Positions 1-13,954 of a stretch of DNA of 64,000 nucleotides are shown in pieces. The notes beneath the pieces were generated by a model. The model was not told where the DNA came from and made no database searches. It saw only the letters and a program-made list of their open reading frames with translations. The stretch spans positions 33,728,001 to 33,792,000 of the forward strand of contig OZ024741.1 in NCBI GenBank assembly GCA_964016885.1, in the 5' to 3' direction. Source of the stretch: Eledone cirrhosa (Eukaryota). Every line of letters begins with the position of its first letter. Position 1 is the first letter of the stretch. Position numbers and translations under genes: made by a program.

Positions 1-244
1 TTTTATCTGTGGATTATAAACTTACAGAGACATTAGCCTTGAATTTTCGTATTTGCATACATCTTTTTGGCATGCGTATGCATGTTGGGCATATATCTTT
101 GTATAAATATCTGTACGGGGTTAGTTACATGTATATACACACACCAAACTGCATAAAACTTTTTGTATTTTCATTGGTCAATTTTGAACTCCGTTCCCAA
201 ACGGACCTGAAATTTTGAATTGTTGTTATTATCAATAAATATAT

Positions 245-399
245 TTCATTATTTCTGAAGACGGCATATATCTGTGTTTGGTATGTATATTTAATCTTGA
301 TAGTTTGTATAATTTTGTATAATTTTGTACATAGATCTGTTGAATATGCATGCCAATTCTAACACATATATATCCTAGAAACGATCGTTAAATAATGAA
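245..399 (+). ncRNA. Type I hammerhead ribozyme with long rod-like stem II
   Basis: Stem I TTCATTATTT(245-254)/AAATAATGAA(390-399); CTGAAGA 255-261; GAAA 378-381; palindromic stem III ACGATCGT; stem II includes TGGTATGTATATTTAA/TTGAATATGCATGCCA. Confidence 0.8.
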
Positions 400-593
400 C
401 TTTTTTTGTTTAATATAAGGAACTGTTTCATTGTTTTATTCATTATTTGTTTAATATTTTATCTTGACTCTGTATTCCGTTTATCTTTCACCGAAAGTGA
501 TTTTTCATTACATCTCTTCTTTCCATGATATCCGGAATACATTGAGTTCTTCATACGGATTGGACACTACCGTAAACTCTTGGTAGATTTATC

Positions 594-627
<34 letters not shown>

Positions 628-1415
628 GGCATGACATATTGTTAATATGATATCCCTGAAATATATATAATGAAATAAATATGGTTTTATAAATATAGTT
701 TCCATTTATTTAATATCATATATATATATATATATATATATTAGTAATTGGAAAGACCAACGGAAACATTGTTTCCTCGGTCCGATTTGACGAAAGTTGA
801 TCGACTGTCGATAGATAGATAGATAGATTATATACGCATATATACATATATTCAAAAAAAGGAAATAAGTGTTTCTTCACGTGCCACAAGGTCATGGAAG
901 GAGACATGTTACAAGTGAAAGAGCCGAAACAGGAAACCACGAAACAGTGAAGGTTTTACAAGACTGGGTCAAAACAATACAGAAACGTCTTCGAATATGA
1001 GTTTGTGTTGGGGGAGAAAAAGCGGGACTGACATAGAAAGAAAGTGGGTGTGTGAGAGAGAGAGAGAGAGAGTGAGAGATTGAGAACGTGATTTAGTGAG
1101 AGATATAGTGAAGATGTGTGTGTGTGTGAGAGAGAGAAAGAGAACGTGATTAAGTGAGAGATGTTGTGAAGATGTGTGTGTATGAGTGATTGAGAGATAT
1201 AATGAAGATGTGTGTGTGAGAGAGAGAGAGAGATAATGAAGATATGTGTGTGAGAGAGAGAGGAGGAGAGGGAGAGAATGAGTAAAAGAGAAAGTGAGTA
1301 TGACAGTGATTATGTGGGTGAGAGAGAGACGAAGTACATAGTATATAACTGTGAGAAAGAACATCAGTAGGTAATAAATACAAACAGAAAGAGAGTGTGA
1401 GTAAGTGAGAGAGAG

Positions 1416-1453
<38 letters not shown>

Positions 1454-1851
1454 AGTGTTTAAAAAATAGAGAGAGAGGGGGGGGGGGGGTGGAAAGATGG
1501 AGGAGATAGAAAGAAAGAGCTAGTGTGGGCGAGAAATTGAGAGAGAGAGAGAGAGATTTCACGCACAATGAAATGTTCAGCTGTGTTGTGTGAATGGTGT
1601 TAAACTGGCCCAGATATTTAACACAGTTTAACAATAAAAACTTAGTTTGTTAACGTAGAGAGAGGTTAAAAAAAAGAGAGAGAGAGATAAAGATTAGTGG
1701 GTTTTAGTTTGACATTTTCTCTCCGTCTGTCCTTCCTTCCTTCCTACATTCCTACCTTCCCAACTTTCCATATTAAACTAGTATTCCAGAACGAAGAACA
1801 CTGTAGGCTTTGATAGTAAGGGCTTCCGAACAACACTAGAGCTGGTGCGTG

Positions 1852-1934
<83 letters not shown>

Positions 1935-2182
1935 ACATATATATATATGTTCCCAGGTACGAGACGAAACGCCTTATACAATAGAACACCTACACATAGT
2001 GAGAATAGATAAGAAAAATACAAGAGAATATTTAGCTCTTTAGCTGACACGCCTGCCTAGAGGCAAATATATATATATAATTATGTGCATTCATGTGTGT
2101 GCGTGTGTAAAAATATATTCTTTTCGTTTGCCGATTACAATCATTAAATTACGGTCATACTGAGAGCGCTTTTATGTGTAAG

Positions 2183-2243
<61 letters not shown>

Positions 2244-2249
2244 TATTAT

Positions 2250-2309
<60 letters not shown>

Positions 2310-2990
2310 TATATATAGTAATAATAATAAATTTGAAGACTAAAATCCAAAGAGGGCTCGATAAGGATATATATATATCAAATATATAAGAACCGTAGAG
2401 CAAATATTTATTAAAATAACAGATTAAAGTTTAAGCAAAGAATCGCTGCTTTCACCCTTAACGGGATCTTCTGAAACTAACAAAGTCAATCTGTAAACGC
2501 AGAAGTGGATATTTCAAAAAACGTTGCAGCCGGAGGAAGACAGGAAGACGATACTTTGGTTCGTGGAAACGAATATATAAAACATGAGAAGAAAGAAGAA
2601 TACTGCGTGGTTGCACATGGGTTACATATGATAAAAATAGTCCTTCGTCAGTGATTTTCCAACCATCATTGATATTTCATCGCATTAAAAATCATATACC
2701 TCAGGTTGGTGCGAGCAATAGCTAAATAAAGCTATTGGGACAATCGCGTAAAGCGAGTGAGACAAGTAAACAACATAGAAGCATGAAAGCAACGCAAAGA
2801 TAGGAATAAACAAGCAACATGGTTATCTGGTCAGCATAAGCTGGGTGGATTTCATGAGCGATCGTGATACAGACCGTCCGACCGTGAGTGAGACCCCACT
2901 ACAAGCCAAACGGGAGGAAGTGAGAAGGGGAGAAACAGAGAGTGAGTGAGTGGAAGTGCGAGGAAGTATATATATATATATATATATATA

Positions 2991-3230
2991 GGAAAAAGTA
3001 TGACCCCGGCGGCAGAGCTCAAGCCGTTTCGACGTCCAGAAATAGCCGTCGAAACGGCTTCAGCTCTGCTGTCGGGGTCATACTTTTTCCTATTTCCCAC
3101 TCTACTACTCTAAGTATTGAGTACTCTCGTGCGTTATGGTCCATCTGGTTCCTTACCACATTTCCTTTGTTATATATATATATATATATATATATATAAC
3201 AAAGGAGATGTGGTAAGGAACCAGATGGAC
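2991..3230. mobile_element. Fold-back pseudo-LTR fragment, family B (hammerhead 3' half plus tail), between (TA)n tracts
   Basis: Inverted repeat 2991-3033/3047-3090; second inversion across (TA)n 3139-3170/3199-3230; related copies at 56203-56336, 60127-60237, 60752-60956, 62089-62225. Confidence 0.7.
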
Positions 3231-3264
<34 letters not shown>

Positions 3265-3280
3265 ATAATATATATATATA

Positions 3281-3315
<35 letters not shown>

Positions 3316-3421
3316 TTTTTTCTAAGGCGGGTAAAATTCCCGAGATCCATGGACGAGTTCTCTCCAGCGGTCTCTGTCCCTCATTATCGCTGCCATGCCC
3401 TGCGTCTCCAATATATATATA

Positions 3422-3560
3422 AAGGCTAAATAGTGAGTCTTGTTACTCTGGAGTTTTGCCTGTTTAGTAACAAGACTCACTATTTAGCCTTAATAAAATG
3501 AATAATAAAACTCTACTTCGGTATTGAGTACTCCTTTTTTTCTCAGCCGTGATCAACATA
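3422..3560. mobile_element. Fold-back pseudo-LTR fragment, family E
   Basis: AAGGCTAAATAGTGAGTCTTGTTACT inverted at 3422/3491; second copy at about 12028-12090. Confidence 0.55.
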
Positions 3561-3658
3561 TGGATATATGTATGCGAAAAGTAAACGGAAACAATCATGC
3601 AAACAACACAGTACAGAAAAAATATATTAGTTTTACACTTGATATGGGAGGAAAAGAG

Positions 3659-3694
3659 TCTTTACGTTTCGAACACTAGTCCTTCCTCAGAAGA
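3659..3694 (-). ncRNA. Minimal type I hammerhead, family C
   Basis: Minus strand: TCTT CTGAGGA A GGAC tagt GTTC GAAA CG TA AAGA; stem III palindrome ACGT; decayed relatives at 33764-33797 (+) and 60596-60631 (-), tail only at 9482-9575. Confidence 0.8.
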
Positions 3695-3719
3695 TAGAGT
3701 GAGAAATGAAAGATGGAAT

Positions 3720-3794
<75 letters not shown>

Positions 3795-3874
3795 CAAGAT
3801 GTTGGAAGACCAAAGATTTCTATACAAATCGTGTTATATAGGAAAAATAATGTAGATTTTTGAATATGTATATG

Positions 3875-3924
<50 letters not shown>

Positions 3925-4295
3925 CCTTTTATGTTACAGTACAAAACGTGGCCAATATTATTATGAGTGTACGCGCCTGCTTGTATTTAATTCGGGTGGA
4001 TTTCAAGGTGTTTCTCTCGTTATATCTTTTCTGTTTTATTTATGTATATAATGTAACCGATATTTCTTGTGCAACTATAACTGATCTTCACAGTCTTTGT
4101 ATTGAATATCTTAATATATTTGTGGCAGACTAGAAAATATTTCGTAACTAACCTAAAGTATTTCTAGATATATTTCATATGATATTACGTATTTTACTAA
4201 ACAGTGGCTTGAACCAGCTGATCATTCGTGTTGGTGCGATGCTACACTGCTTATTACTCTTCGCTAAAAAAATTCCTTCTTCCTTAAGCCTATTT

Positions 4296-4384
<89 letters not shown>

Positions 4385-5153
4385 TTATTATTATAATCAT
4401 CTTCATCATCATCATCATCATTTTTATTTTTATTATTATTATTATTTCTTAGGCACCGTTGTCTAATTAGCAGCTTTTTATAAAAGTAAGTCTATCTGAG
4501 GATATAGTGGATATTCAGTCTGTGTGTTTGTGCGGCGGGGGTGTTAATGTAAGGATTTTTATTTTTTAAATATTTTGTGTGGAGAAAAGTAGTACCAACT
4601 TTACTCAGCTGAAAACCAAATTATCTTCATAATGTAACTCGATAAATGATATTAAGGAGGAAAAAAACAAGGAGTTTGCAGAAATGCCGCCATGAAAGAA
4701 ATATCTACCTAATGAGATGATGCCAGACTCATCTATCAAAATTATTCAACACTCGTTCATTTGTAACACTAATCAGTATCACCGAGTCAGTTGCATCTTT
4801 AACAAATAAAAGTTTTTCTACTTTCAAATTATGTATATACATACATACATACATACATACATACATACATACATACATACATACATACATACATACATAC
4901 ATACATACATACATACATACCTATGAGGTACATTTGGCGGCATTTTTACTGTTTTAACAGCTTCTTTGCGCTATGTTCTTACAATTTACTCTATGAATTC
5001 TAATACATTCGCATTTCAAACTCGATATTCGAGATACATTTGTTTATACATACATATATGTATATCTAAGATATTCCGGGTTGAATCGGGGGTAACCACA
5101 GTAAGTAAGGTACTCAATACATAGCAGAGTATAAATGTTTTAATATAGAAGAG

Positions 5154-5200
5154 CTTCTACAGGACTAGAACTGTTTCATTCGTGAGAAATCATCAGGAAG
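5154..5200 (-). ncRNA. Type I hammerhead, family A (element about 5070-5220)
   Basis: Minus strand: CTTC CTGATGA T TTC tcac GAA T GAAA CAG ttctagtc CTG TA GAAG; family copies at 36487-36650, 40803-40960, 57355-57553. Confidence 0.8.
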
Positions 5201-5220
5201 ATCTGATGATTTCTCACGAA

Positions 5221-5297
<77 letters not shown>

Positions 5298-5300
<3 letters not shown>

Positions 5301-5399
5301 GGTGTCCAAAAATAATGTATACACAAAGGCTGTGCATTCTAATAAACATTGCCTGTACAGGTAACCGAAGTGCGTACACATGTTTTAAGGGACACCCTG
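5298..5399. mobile_element. Tc1/mariner-type MITE, 102 bp
   Basis: TA|CAGGGTGTCC ... GGACACCCTG|TA terminal inverted repeats with TA target duplication. Confidence 0.8.
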
Positions 5400-5862
5400 T
5401 ATGTATGTGTATGTATATATGTGTGTGAGTGTGTATGTATGTATATATACACACACATACATATATATTATTTGAAAGTAGAAAACAATTTATGTTACAG
5501 ATGTAACCGACTCGGTGATACTTGGGTGTGGTTGTGTAGCCAAAATATCGACGAGTAAAAAGCTTCCATATATATATATATATGTGTGTGTGTGTGTATA
5601 CATATATATATATTTATATATATATGAAAAATCGCGTTCAGCCATTTTATGAATATTCTCCTAAAGATAATAGAAGTATCCATACTTTGCAGCTTTGAAG
5701 GCTTTGTTTGCTCATGAAGCCATGGTTTACAAATGGAATACTGTGTGTCCGAATCATGATTATACATACATACACACATACATACATACATACATACATA
5801 CATACATACATACATACATACATACATACATACATACATACATACATACATACATACATAAA

Positions 5863-5893
<31 letters not shown>

Positions 5894-7699
5894 TTAGTTA
5901 GTGCGTCATAAAGCACATACGTACCTAAAATGGTAGACCAGAATTAGTTTTAGAAATGCTCAACAAGTATTCATGAAATTATGATTGGTTTCTGTGTTTG
6001 TTTAATTGAGATTGCTCTCTTACTATCTTATTTGTCCATCTCCTTTGTATTTCATATTTAATTACGGATTGTATCAATACAATATATATACATTCGATAT
6101 TCTGTTATTGAGTCATTATCCAAAAGTAGAAACAATTATTTGTAGTCTTAATATACATTTTTATCACAATCGTAATAATAATAATGCTGTTTTTTCGTTG
6201 TTATTTTTCCACTGTAGGAAATGGTTTGTAGTTAACTGAACTAACTTCTAATAGATGTTTTACTATTTATTCTACCAACCATGACACTCTGATATATAAT
6301 TTCGCTGGAAACCTTCACTATCTGAACTGAAAGGCCTTTAGTCCAATGTTAGCAACCTATTATTCTATATTAATGATATTACCAGTAATAAGTATTTCTA
6401 AAGTTGGCACACGGTCAGTTGATTGAATCGATAGCGATTCTTTATCCTTTCCTTCTTTTTCCCTCCTCCTGAGCCTTTGCTCCTTTTCTTTTTCCTTCTT
6501 TTTTCCCTCTTTCAGATCCTTCGCTCCTTTTCTTTTCCTTCCTTTTTCCTCCTTCAGATCCTTCTCTCCTTTTCTGCTCCTTCTTTCATTAGTATTTATT
6601 TCATCAACACTTGAAACTTGGAAGTAAAATTAATCCCGGTAGGATTTCAACTCAAAATGTTCCATCATCTAAGTGAATACTGCAAGGGATTTGAGTTTGA
6701 CACACTATATGGCTTTTGCCACTCACTCTATTGCCAATAATAAATAAATTGAATAAACTGAGGTTCATTCAAGCCAACGTATGTGTTGCTGCCTACGTAA
6801 TAAACTAATTACCGTTGTTGACACAGCTTACTGCGTTTCGACCTGACGCATCTCCCAGATTGATGGCGTGACTTCAGATGGTTTCCTAGATATTTGGCTG
6901 AATCCAGTAAATAAACGTACGACCAAATGTAAGTTTTAGACAATTAATCAATTGATAGATTAACTAAATTATTATTGATAAGTGAATTTCCATTCGTATA
7001 TTTTTAAACTGAGCGTGGACACACACAGAGAGATAAGACACTGTGATAAGAGATAGTTTTTTGTTTCTAAAATGGCGGATGCTATTTGGATACTAGTTGG
7101 TAATAACGTCGTCACTCTAGAATTTACGCTATAATGGCGAAAACTCAGCTGGAAAAAAAATTGATGGAATCGTCCGGTAAAGCTCCAGGATTGTGAAAAA
7201 GCCTTAAATGCAAACATTCGTTGCTGTAAAGAAATATAAAAGGTAGACATTTTTTTAATACTTAGGATTGTATGCATAGAAAATTTTCTATGAGGTGAGA
7301 GGATTATGGGATATGTTAGAAAATTGAATTCGCTGGGAGCTGTAGCTGCATAATTAGTAATTTTCCAAGTTGTTTACTAAACATAGTTTTGATTGTTTCT
7401 TCTTTTATTTGTTTGTCAGTCAATATTCATGTCTGTTTGTCTATCTCTTTGTCAATCTGGTTCTTGTTTTTTTTTTCCTTTTTTTTTTGTGTTCAACGTT
7501 AAAATTACTTTAGACACATTTTTTTTTCTCGTGGACAATTCTCGATATAAAGTAATTTAGACCAATTTCAGGCTTATATAATATCCATAGGCCACTACTA
7601 CTACTACTACTTCTACTACTACTACTAATAGTACTACTACTACTGCTGCTACTACTACTAATACTACTACTTCTACTACTACTACTACTACTACTACTT

Positions 7700-7730
<31 letters not shown>

Positions 7731-7805
7731 TATTAGTACTACTACTACTACTGCTGCTGCTACTACTACTACTAATACTACTATTGCTGCTGCTACTACT
7801 ACTAC

Positions 7806-7869
<64 letters not shown>

Positions 7870-8082
7870 TCATTTTCTGTTATATATTAGTTTCATTTAT
7901 TTATTTCTGCCTATACACTTAATATATATTAGAGACGAAAGTCTCGAAGCGAATGCATCTAAAAGTAATAAATAGTAATATATGTATGGGGTATGTGTGT
8001 TGTGTCTGTGTGTGTGTGTGTGTCTGATCAGAGGACATATCCGTACTCACATAGACATATATATATATATATGTGCATATAC

Positions 8083-8147
<65 letters not shown>

Positions 8148-8154
8148 CATATAC

Positions 8155-8206
<52 letters not shown>

Positions 8207-8636
8207 ATATATATATGTGTGTGTGTGTGTGTATATATATATGTGTGTGTGTGTGTGTGTATATATTTATATATATATATATAGTGAAAGAATGAAGAGT
8301 TACATGCTTGGCTGTATGCATGTATATATATATATATATATATATATGCGAAAAACACAAAATGACACACCATTTTATTTAGCAATAAACTCACGCAGTT
8401 TGGTTGTTTAATAATGCATGATAAATAAATGAAAGATTGGATGTGACGGCTGACGCCTCGCATTCGCAATCTCACATATTTTCTTTTACATAGTTTAAAT
8501 CACCAGACGGGATTTCCATTTTTGTGTCGTTGGTGTTTAATCCCAAGTCGGCCATATTGACCATACCTCATACATAGATATATATATATATATACATACA
8601 TACATACATACATACATACATACATACATACATACA

Positions 8637-8667
<31 letters not shown>

Positions 8668-8689
8668 GTATATATATATATATATGGTG

Positions 8690-8870
8690 GCTGCCAACTC
8701 GTTTTCGAGTACGGCCACTACTTTATATCCATGTAGGAGAACCCCTACCGATGCGCTGAACGAATGTGACTTTAGTCCAGCCAGCGACTTGAAAACTCTG
8801 GTACAAAGACTACACTTGTGACCATTATTGACACATAGTGCAGGGCCCATGGTACCATGTGATGACAAGT
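8690..8870 (-). mobile_element. 3' end of an RTE-like LINE with a C-terminal zinc knuckle
   Basis: Minus-strand peptide HKCSLCTRVFKSLAGLKSH followed by a short tail and microsatellite. Confidence 0.5.
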
Positions 8871-9123
8871 GCAGAGAGATCTCTAGATATAAAGCAATGC
8901 CTGTGCTGTGAAGCTTTTATAGTGAGCAAAGGCACTGCACAAAGCCAGTCCCACTCTCTTAACCAAGATGATATTTACCAAAAAGAAGAACAGGTCAACA
9001 TCATTGGATACCATCAGGATTGCAGGTGTTATATCAGAGTTTTCCTTCTCCTAGAATTCTGCCTTGACAAAGGCTAAGGGGTCATCTCTCCCGATATATA
9101 TATATATATATATACATACATAC

Positions 9124-9226
<103 letters not shown>

Positions 9227-9437
9227 CACATGTGTGTGTGTGGCGGGTAAATAGTCAGTCTCGCTTTGGTATAATGGTAACTCAGCCGTCCGGCACACGG
9301 CAGATGTGCGTTCCATTTCCCCTAATAATTCTGTCAACTATTTCCGTTCTCGGGAGTTTTTTCACCCAAATTATTCCACTATCATATAGTCAAACCTGCC
9401 TTGTAACAGCTTATAACAATAAGCTAACATACGTTCA

Positions 9438-9472
<35 letters not shown>

Positions 9473-9582
9473 CGTGTGTGTAAAAAGGTAAACAGAAATA
9501 ACAAAAATAAAAAAACTAATGACACAGTACATGGAGGGAATATATTAGTTTAACGCTTGAAATAGCAAGAGAGTCTCTCTCT

Positions 9583-9616
<34 letters not shown>

Positions 9617-9720
9617 GTCCGAGAGATGTAATTGTTATTGAGGCGGTCTGTATAATTTTATTTTTATCATTCTGTCTGTTTCATGGTTAAATATTTCAAA
9701 CAAATGTAGTTCTTCAACCC

Positions 9721-10240
9721 TCGTAATATTGGACACACGATTTACTGTGTTTATTACTCGTAATATTAGACACACGATTTACTGTGTTTATTACTCGTAA
9801 TATTGGACACACGATTTACTGTGTTTATTACTCGTAATATTAGACACACGATTTACTGTGTTTATTACTCGTAATATTGGACACACGATTTACTGTGTTT
9901 ATTACTCGTAATATTAGACACACGATTTACTGTGTTTATTACTCGTAATATTGGACACACGATTTACTGTGTTTATTACTCGTAATATTGGACACACGAT
10001 TTACTGTGTTTATTACTCGTAATATTAGACACACGATTTACTGTGTTTATTACTCGTAATATTGGACACACGATTTCCTGTGTTTATTACTCGTAATATT
10101 AGACACACGATTTACTGTGTTTATTACTCGTAATATTAGACACACGATTTACTGTGTTTATTACTCGTAATATTAGACACACGATTTACTGTGTTTATTA
10201 CTCGTAATATTAGACACACGATTTACTGTGTTTATTACTA
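9721..10240. repeat. 37-bp minisatellite, about 14 copies
   Basis: Unit TCGTAATATT(G/A)GACACACGATTTACTGTGTTTATTAC repeated head to tail with no spacers. Confidence 0.95.
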
Positions 10241-10350
10241 CATATATTATTGTTATAAGGCTCAGTATTTATACTTTGAGCTTCTTAATTACAGGGTTTC
10301 AGTATGAGTTATTAACTCTACCTTTCATATATATATATAAGAAAATTTAG

Positions 10351-10460
<110 letters not shown>

Positions 10461-10910
10461 TCGGGTTTCTCCAATGTCTGTCAATGCCAGGTGTGCTCAG
10501 GTTTTGATCATAAATATATTAATTACCTTAACTGACGCAAACCTGCCTTCACTTTTATCTATATACTACCTGTGACCTCTTCTTTCTCTCTTTCTTCCTC
10601 AATCTCTATCGCTCTCCCTCTTTGGCCCCTACTGTTAAACACCTCACAGATACTATCCTGCTGTTCTTTTGTCTCCTGAAGACTAATGGCCGCTGAAATT
10701 ATTAATTAAATTCTTCTCTCCATGTCCTTTTGGTTTATTATTGCACACTGCACCTAGTTTTCATTGTTTTTCGTTTCTGTTCGAACTATCCTGGGTTTTG
10801 TACTTTTACGTGTCCTTTTACGTGTTTTATGTTACTTTGGTCGAAAAGACTCGTTCTATCGTATTTTACAGATTTTCCACTGTCTATGCCACGTGTGATC
10901 ACATTTCAAC

Positions 10911-10949
<39 letters not shown>

Positions 10950-11003
10950 GTGGCTAATAAAGAAATATATCTATCTATCTATCTATATCTATATATCTAT
11001 ATA

Positions 11004-11970
11004 GTGCCCAGGCGCTCACGGCTCTCTGGCAGGCGGACCCGGCTGTCAGTGGAGAATCCACCTCGTCATTCTATAGAGGGCTGGTGGTTAGCAGGTGCGA
11101 CGACGCCCTCGAAGAAGCCCTAGGCATGGAGGAAGACGAACTGGCAAACCTGTTCGGTAGAACATTCAGCCCGGGACCCATGGATAACTTCCAGAGGTCC
11201 CTGGCCTGGCAATGCTACAGAAGGTCTCTGCCCGTTCGAGAAAGGCTCTAGAGACACGGGCGCCCGGGTAGGGACCCCTCGAAAAAGATCTGTCCCAGAT
11301 GCGTGTGTGACGAGGAAACCGTTGCACACGCATTGGTACACTGCTCGGGCATTGCCGATCTGTGGGGCTATGTCGAACAACTGCTGTCAAGGGTGGGACC
11401 GATCCGGTTGACCACCGAGTCTATTGTAACGATCAAGCCGCCTCCCCTCTTCAAAAACGAAGGAGAGGCGGTGTTTCTGTGCGTAATAGCCATGGCGAAA
11501 GAGGTTGTATGGTGGACGCGTCTGAAAGGACTGAGGTCGGGCACCTTTCTCTCTGGCCAACAACTGGTCCGTTTCTTCCGATATCATTTCGGAAGAAGGA
11601 TCAGGATGGAGAGAGAGGTGCTGCACCCCAGCCGTTTTTATGAAAGATGGGTGAAAGTGGCGAGAATGGCCCGTGTGAATGGGCCTTCACTCTACATCAG
11701 ACTATAGGTGAGGAAGATGAAAGACCAAGGGAGCACCCCTTCTCTGTGCTCCTGAGGAAAAGGGTTGCACACTTTTTTTCGGGGGTGTGTGCGACCCACC
11801 TAGGCGCCTCCTCTCTATTGAGGACTTTGTTATAAATTTTATTTTTTGTTATATTTTATTTTATTTTTATATATTGTTATTGCCTCCTCCTTATTGAGGA
11901 CGCCTTGTTTGTAAACTCCCCCCATTGTACTTGTCCCACTTTTGATGCCCTGGTGGCAAATAAAAGAAAC
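11004..11970 (+). mobile_element. 5'-truncated Tx1/L1-like LINE, ORF2 C-terminus (zf-RVT-like) plus 3'UTR
   Basis: CPRCVCDEETVAHALVHC..IADLW motif; frameshifted upstream part; AATAAA at about 11959 followed by microsatellite. Confidence 0.8.
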
Positions 11971-12089
11971 ATATCTATATCTATATATCTATATCTATAT
12001 ATCTATATCTTTATATCTATATATATATTCATTTTATTAAGGCTAAATAGTGAGTCTTGTTACTCTGAAGTGTCGCCTGTTTATCACGT

Positions 12090-12155
<66 letters not shown>

Positions 12156-12699
12156 ACTTTATAATGACATCGAACAATACTTGATTGAATTACCATTGTT
12201 TACTCATATCGATTATGCCTTAATTGGTGTTCACCTTACACCAAAGTTGTAGACACGATTTGTCAGGTCCAAAATGTTTTCAATACGGATTTTCAATTAC
12301 ATACGTTGAATTGCGGGACTTAGTGTCTGTATCTATGCGCACGCGCCTCAGAATAAAACATTTAATTTCTGTTAGTTTAGAAATAAAGGTTTCTTTCGGC
12401 TCCAGTCTATGTTTATGTTGAAATCTAGGAATAAGATACCCGAAAATTAGCGGAGATCAAGTCAATCGATACGTTGTTTATGTAGGTTTTCCAAGAATTA
12501 ATTTGCGAAGGATCCCAGGGCTTGGAAGCTCGTTGCAAATTTTGAGGGCTCTTTGAAGTTTTATGGAACGGTGGGAGTCAGATATCCAAGGGAATTTCTT
12601 TGTCTCTTTGGATCCTGGACATATATATCGGCTGAAAAAAATCCTTTTATAAGGTCCGTGTGTAGATATACTTATTATAAATATATACACTATTTAGAT

Positions 12700-12955
12700 C
12701 CGTAGTGACGAGCCTATGACACGCGTGTCAACAGTGACACACGAGAGACTTTAGAAAAAATATATATATCTGTGTAATATCATGTTATAAATAGTTACAT
12801 ACAGGTGACACGATTATTGAAAAATAATTATAAATTTCATCATTTTGGGATAAAATGTTTCAGCTTCACTGCAATAGATGAAGTTTAATTAGATTTTAGA
12901 AATCAAAATCTTATTAGAAACATGTGTTTAGTAATCCTACCCTTGACACTCTCCG
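12700..12955. mobile_element. Decayed hAT-like non-autonomous element
   Basis: Start GTAGTGACGAGCCTATGACACGCGTGTCA resembles hAT/Charlie subterminal motifs; no clean second TIR. Confidence 0.3.
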
Positions 12956-13923
12956 CCGATATACTGCTTACAGGGCCTCTAAGAGAAATATTGCAATGTG
13001 GAACAAGGCTGCTTTTTTGGCCTCGATGTGAAGAGAAGCTTCTTATGAAATTTAAGAGAATTTTTTGAAAAGATTTTTTTTTTTCATTTGTCTTTTAGCA
13101 CACAGACAGATTTTCATAGTTCCCTATTAGACTCCCCAGGTACCATATTGATGCACTGGCAGAACATCACTCATATTGGCCGTGGACTCACATAACATAT
13201 TTTTGGAAGTCTATTCTATAATGAGGCTCATGTGGTGAGGGTTTTTGTTGGGTTTTATTTTTTTTGTTTTTGCGTTGGTAATTTCTAATCCTTCAGATCT
13301 CTGCTGGTGGCTGACATCCGAATAATTATATATATATTCTATTTTTTATATAATACACACACACACATACACACACACACATACACACACACACATACAC
13401 ACACACACATACACACACACACACACGTGCACATAAGCGGTCACAGATACACACGCGCACTAATCAGATATATTCATATACACTTCACACACACACACTC
13501 GACGCACTCACACATACACATACATATATATATATATTAAAGACAACAGCTTTGGTAATATAAAGTGAGACAACTGACAGAATAACTCTTTAAATTATTT
13601 TTATTCATTGTTGGGAAAGACAAAATTACCTTTGAAGTGCTCAGCAGTTCCCGGATGTAGACATAAAATGGGACAAAAAGAGACAAAGGCTATAGCAAAT
13701 TTTGAACTCTTGTTTTCGTCCGAATTATTTGTTAACGCCATTTTAAAACAGGATGGAGTCGATTAACCTGCTAAAAATAGCAGCTAAATGTCCTCCACAA
13801 TCATCAATCACGATCATCAGCATCATCACCATCATCATCAATTATCTGTTGAGGCCATTTTAAAACCGGATGGAGTCGATCGACCTCTTAATCATCAATC
13901 ATGATCACCATCATCATTATATC

Positions 13924-13954
<31 letters not shown>

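Noticed and set aside
2440-2480. Hammerhead-like motif on the minus strand
   Set aside because: Core reads CAGAAGA and stems I and III do not pair
7066-7140. YY1-like AAAATGGCGG as a gene promoter
   Set aside because: Isolated motif with no linked exon identified
9721-10240. CRISPR-like appearance of 37-bp partly palindromic repeats
   Set aside because: No spacers, no cas genes, eukaryotic context
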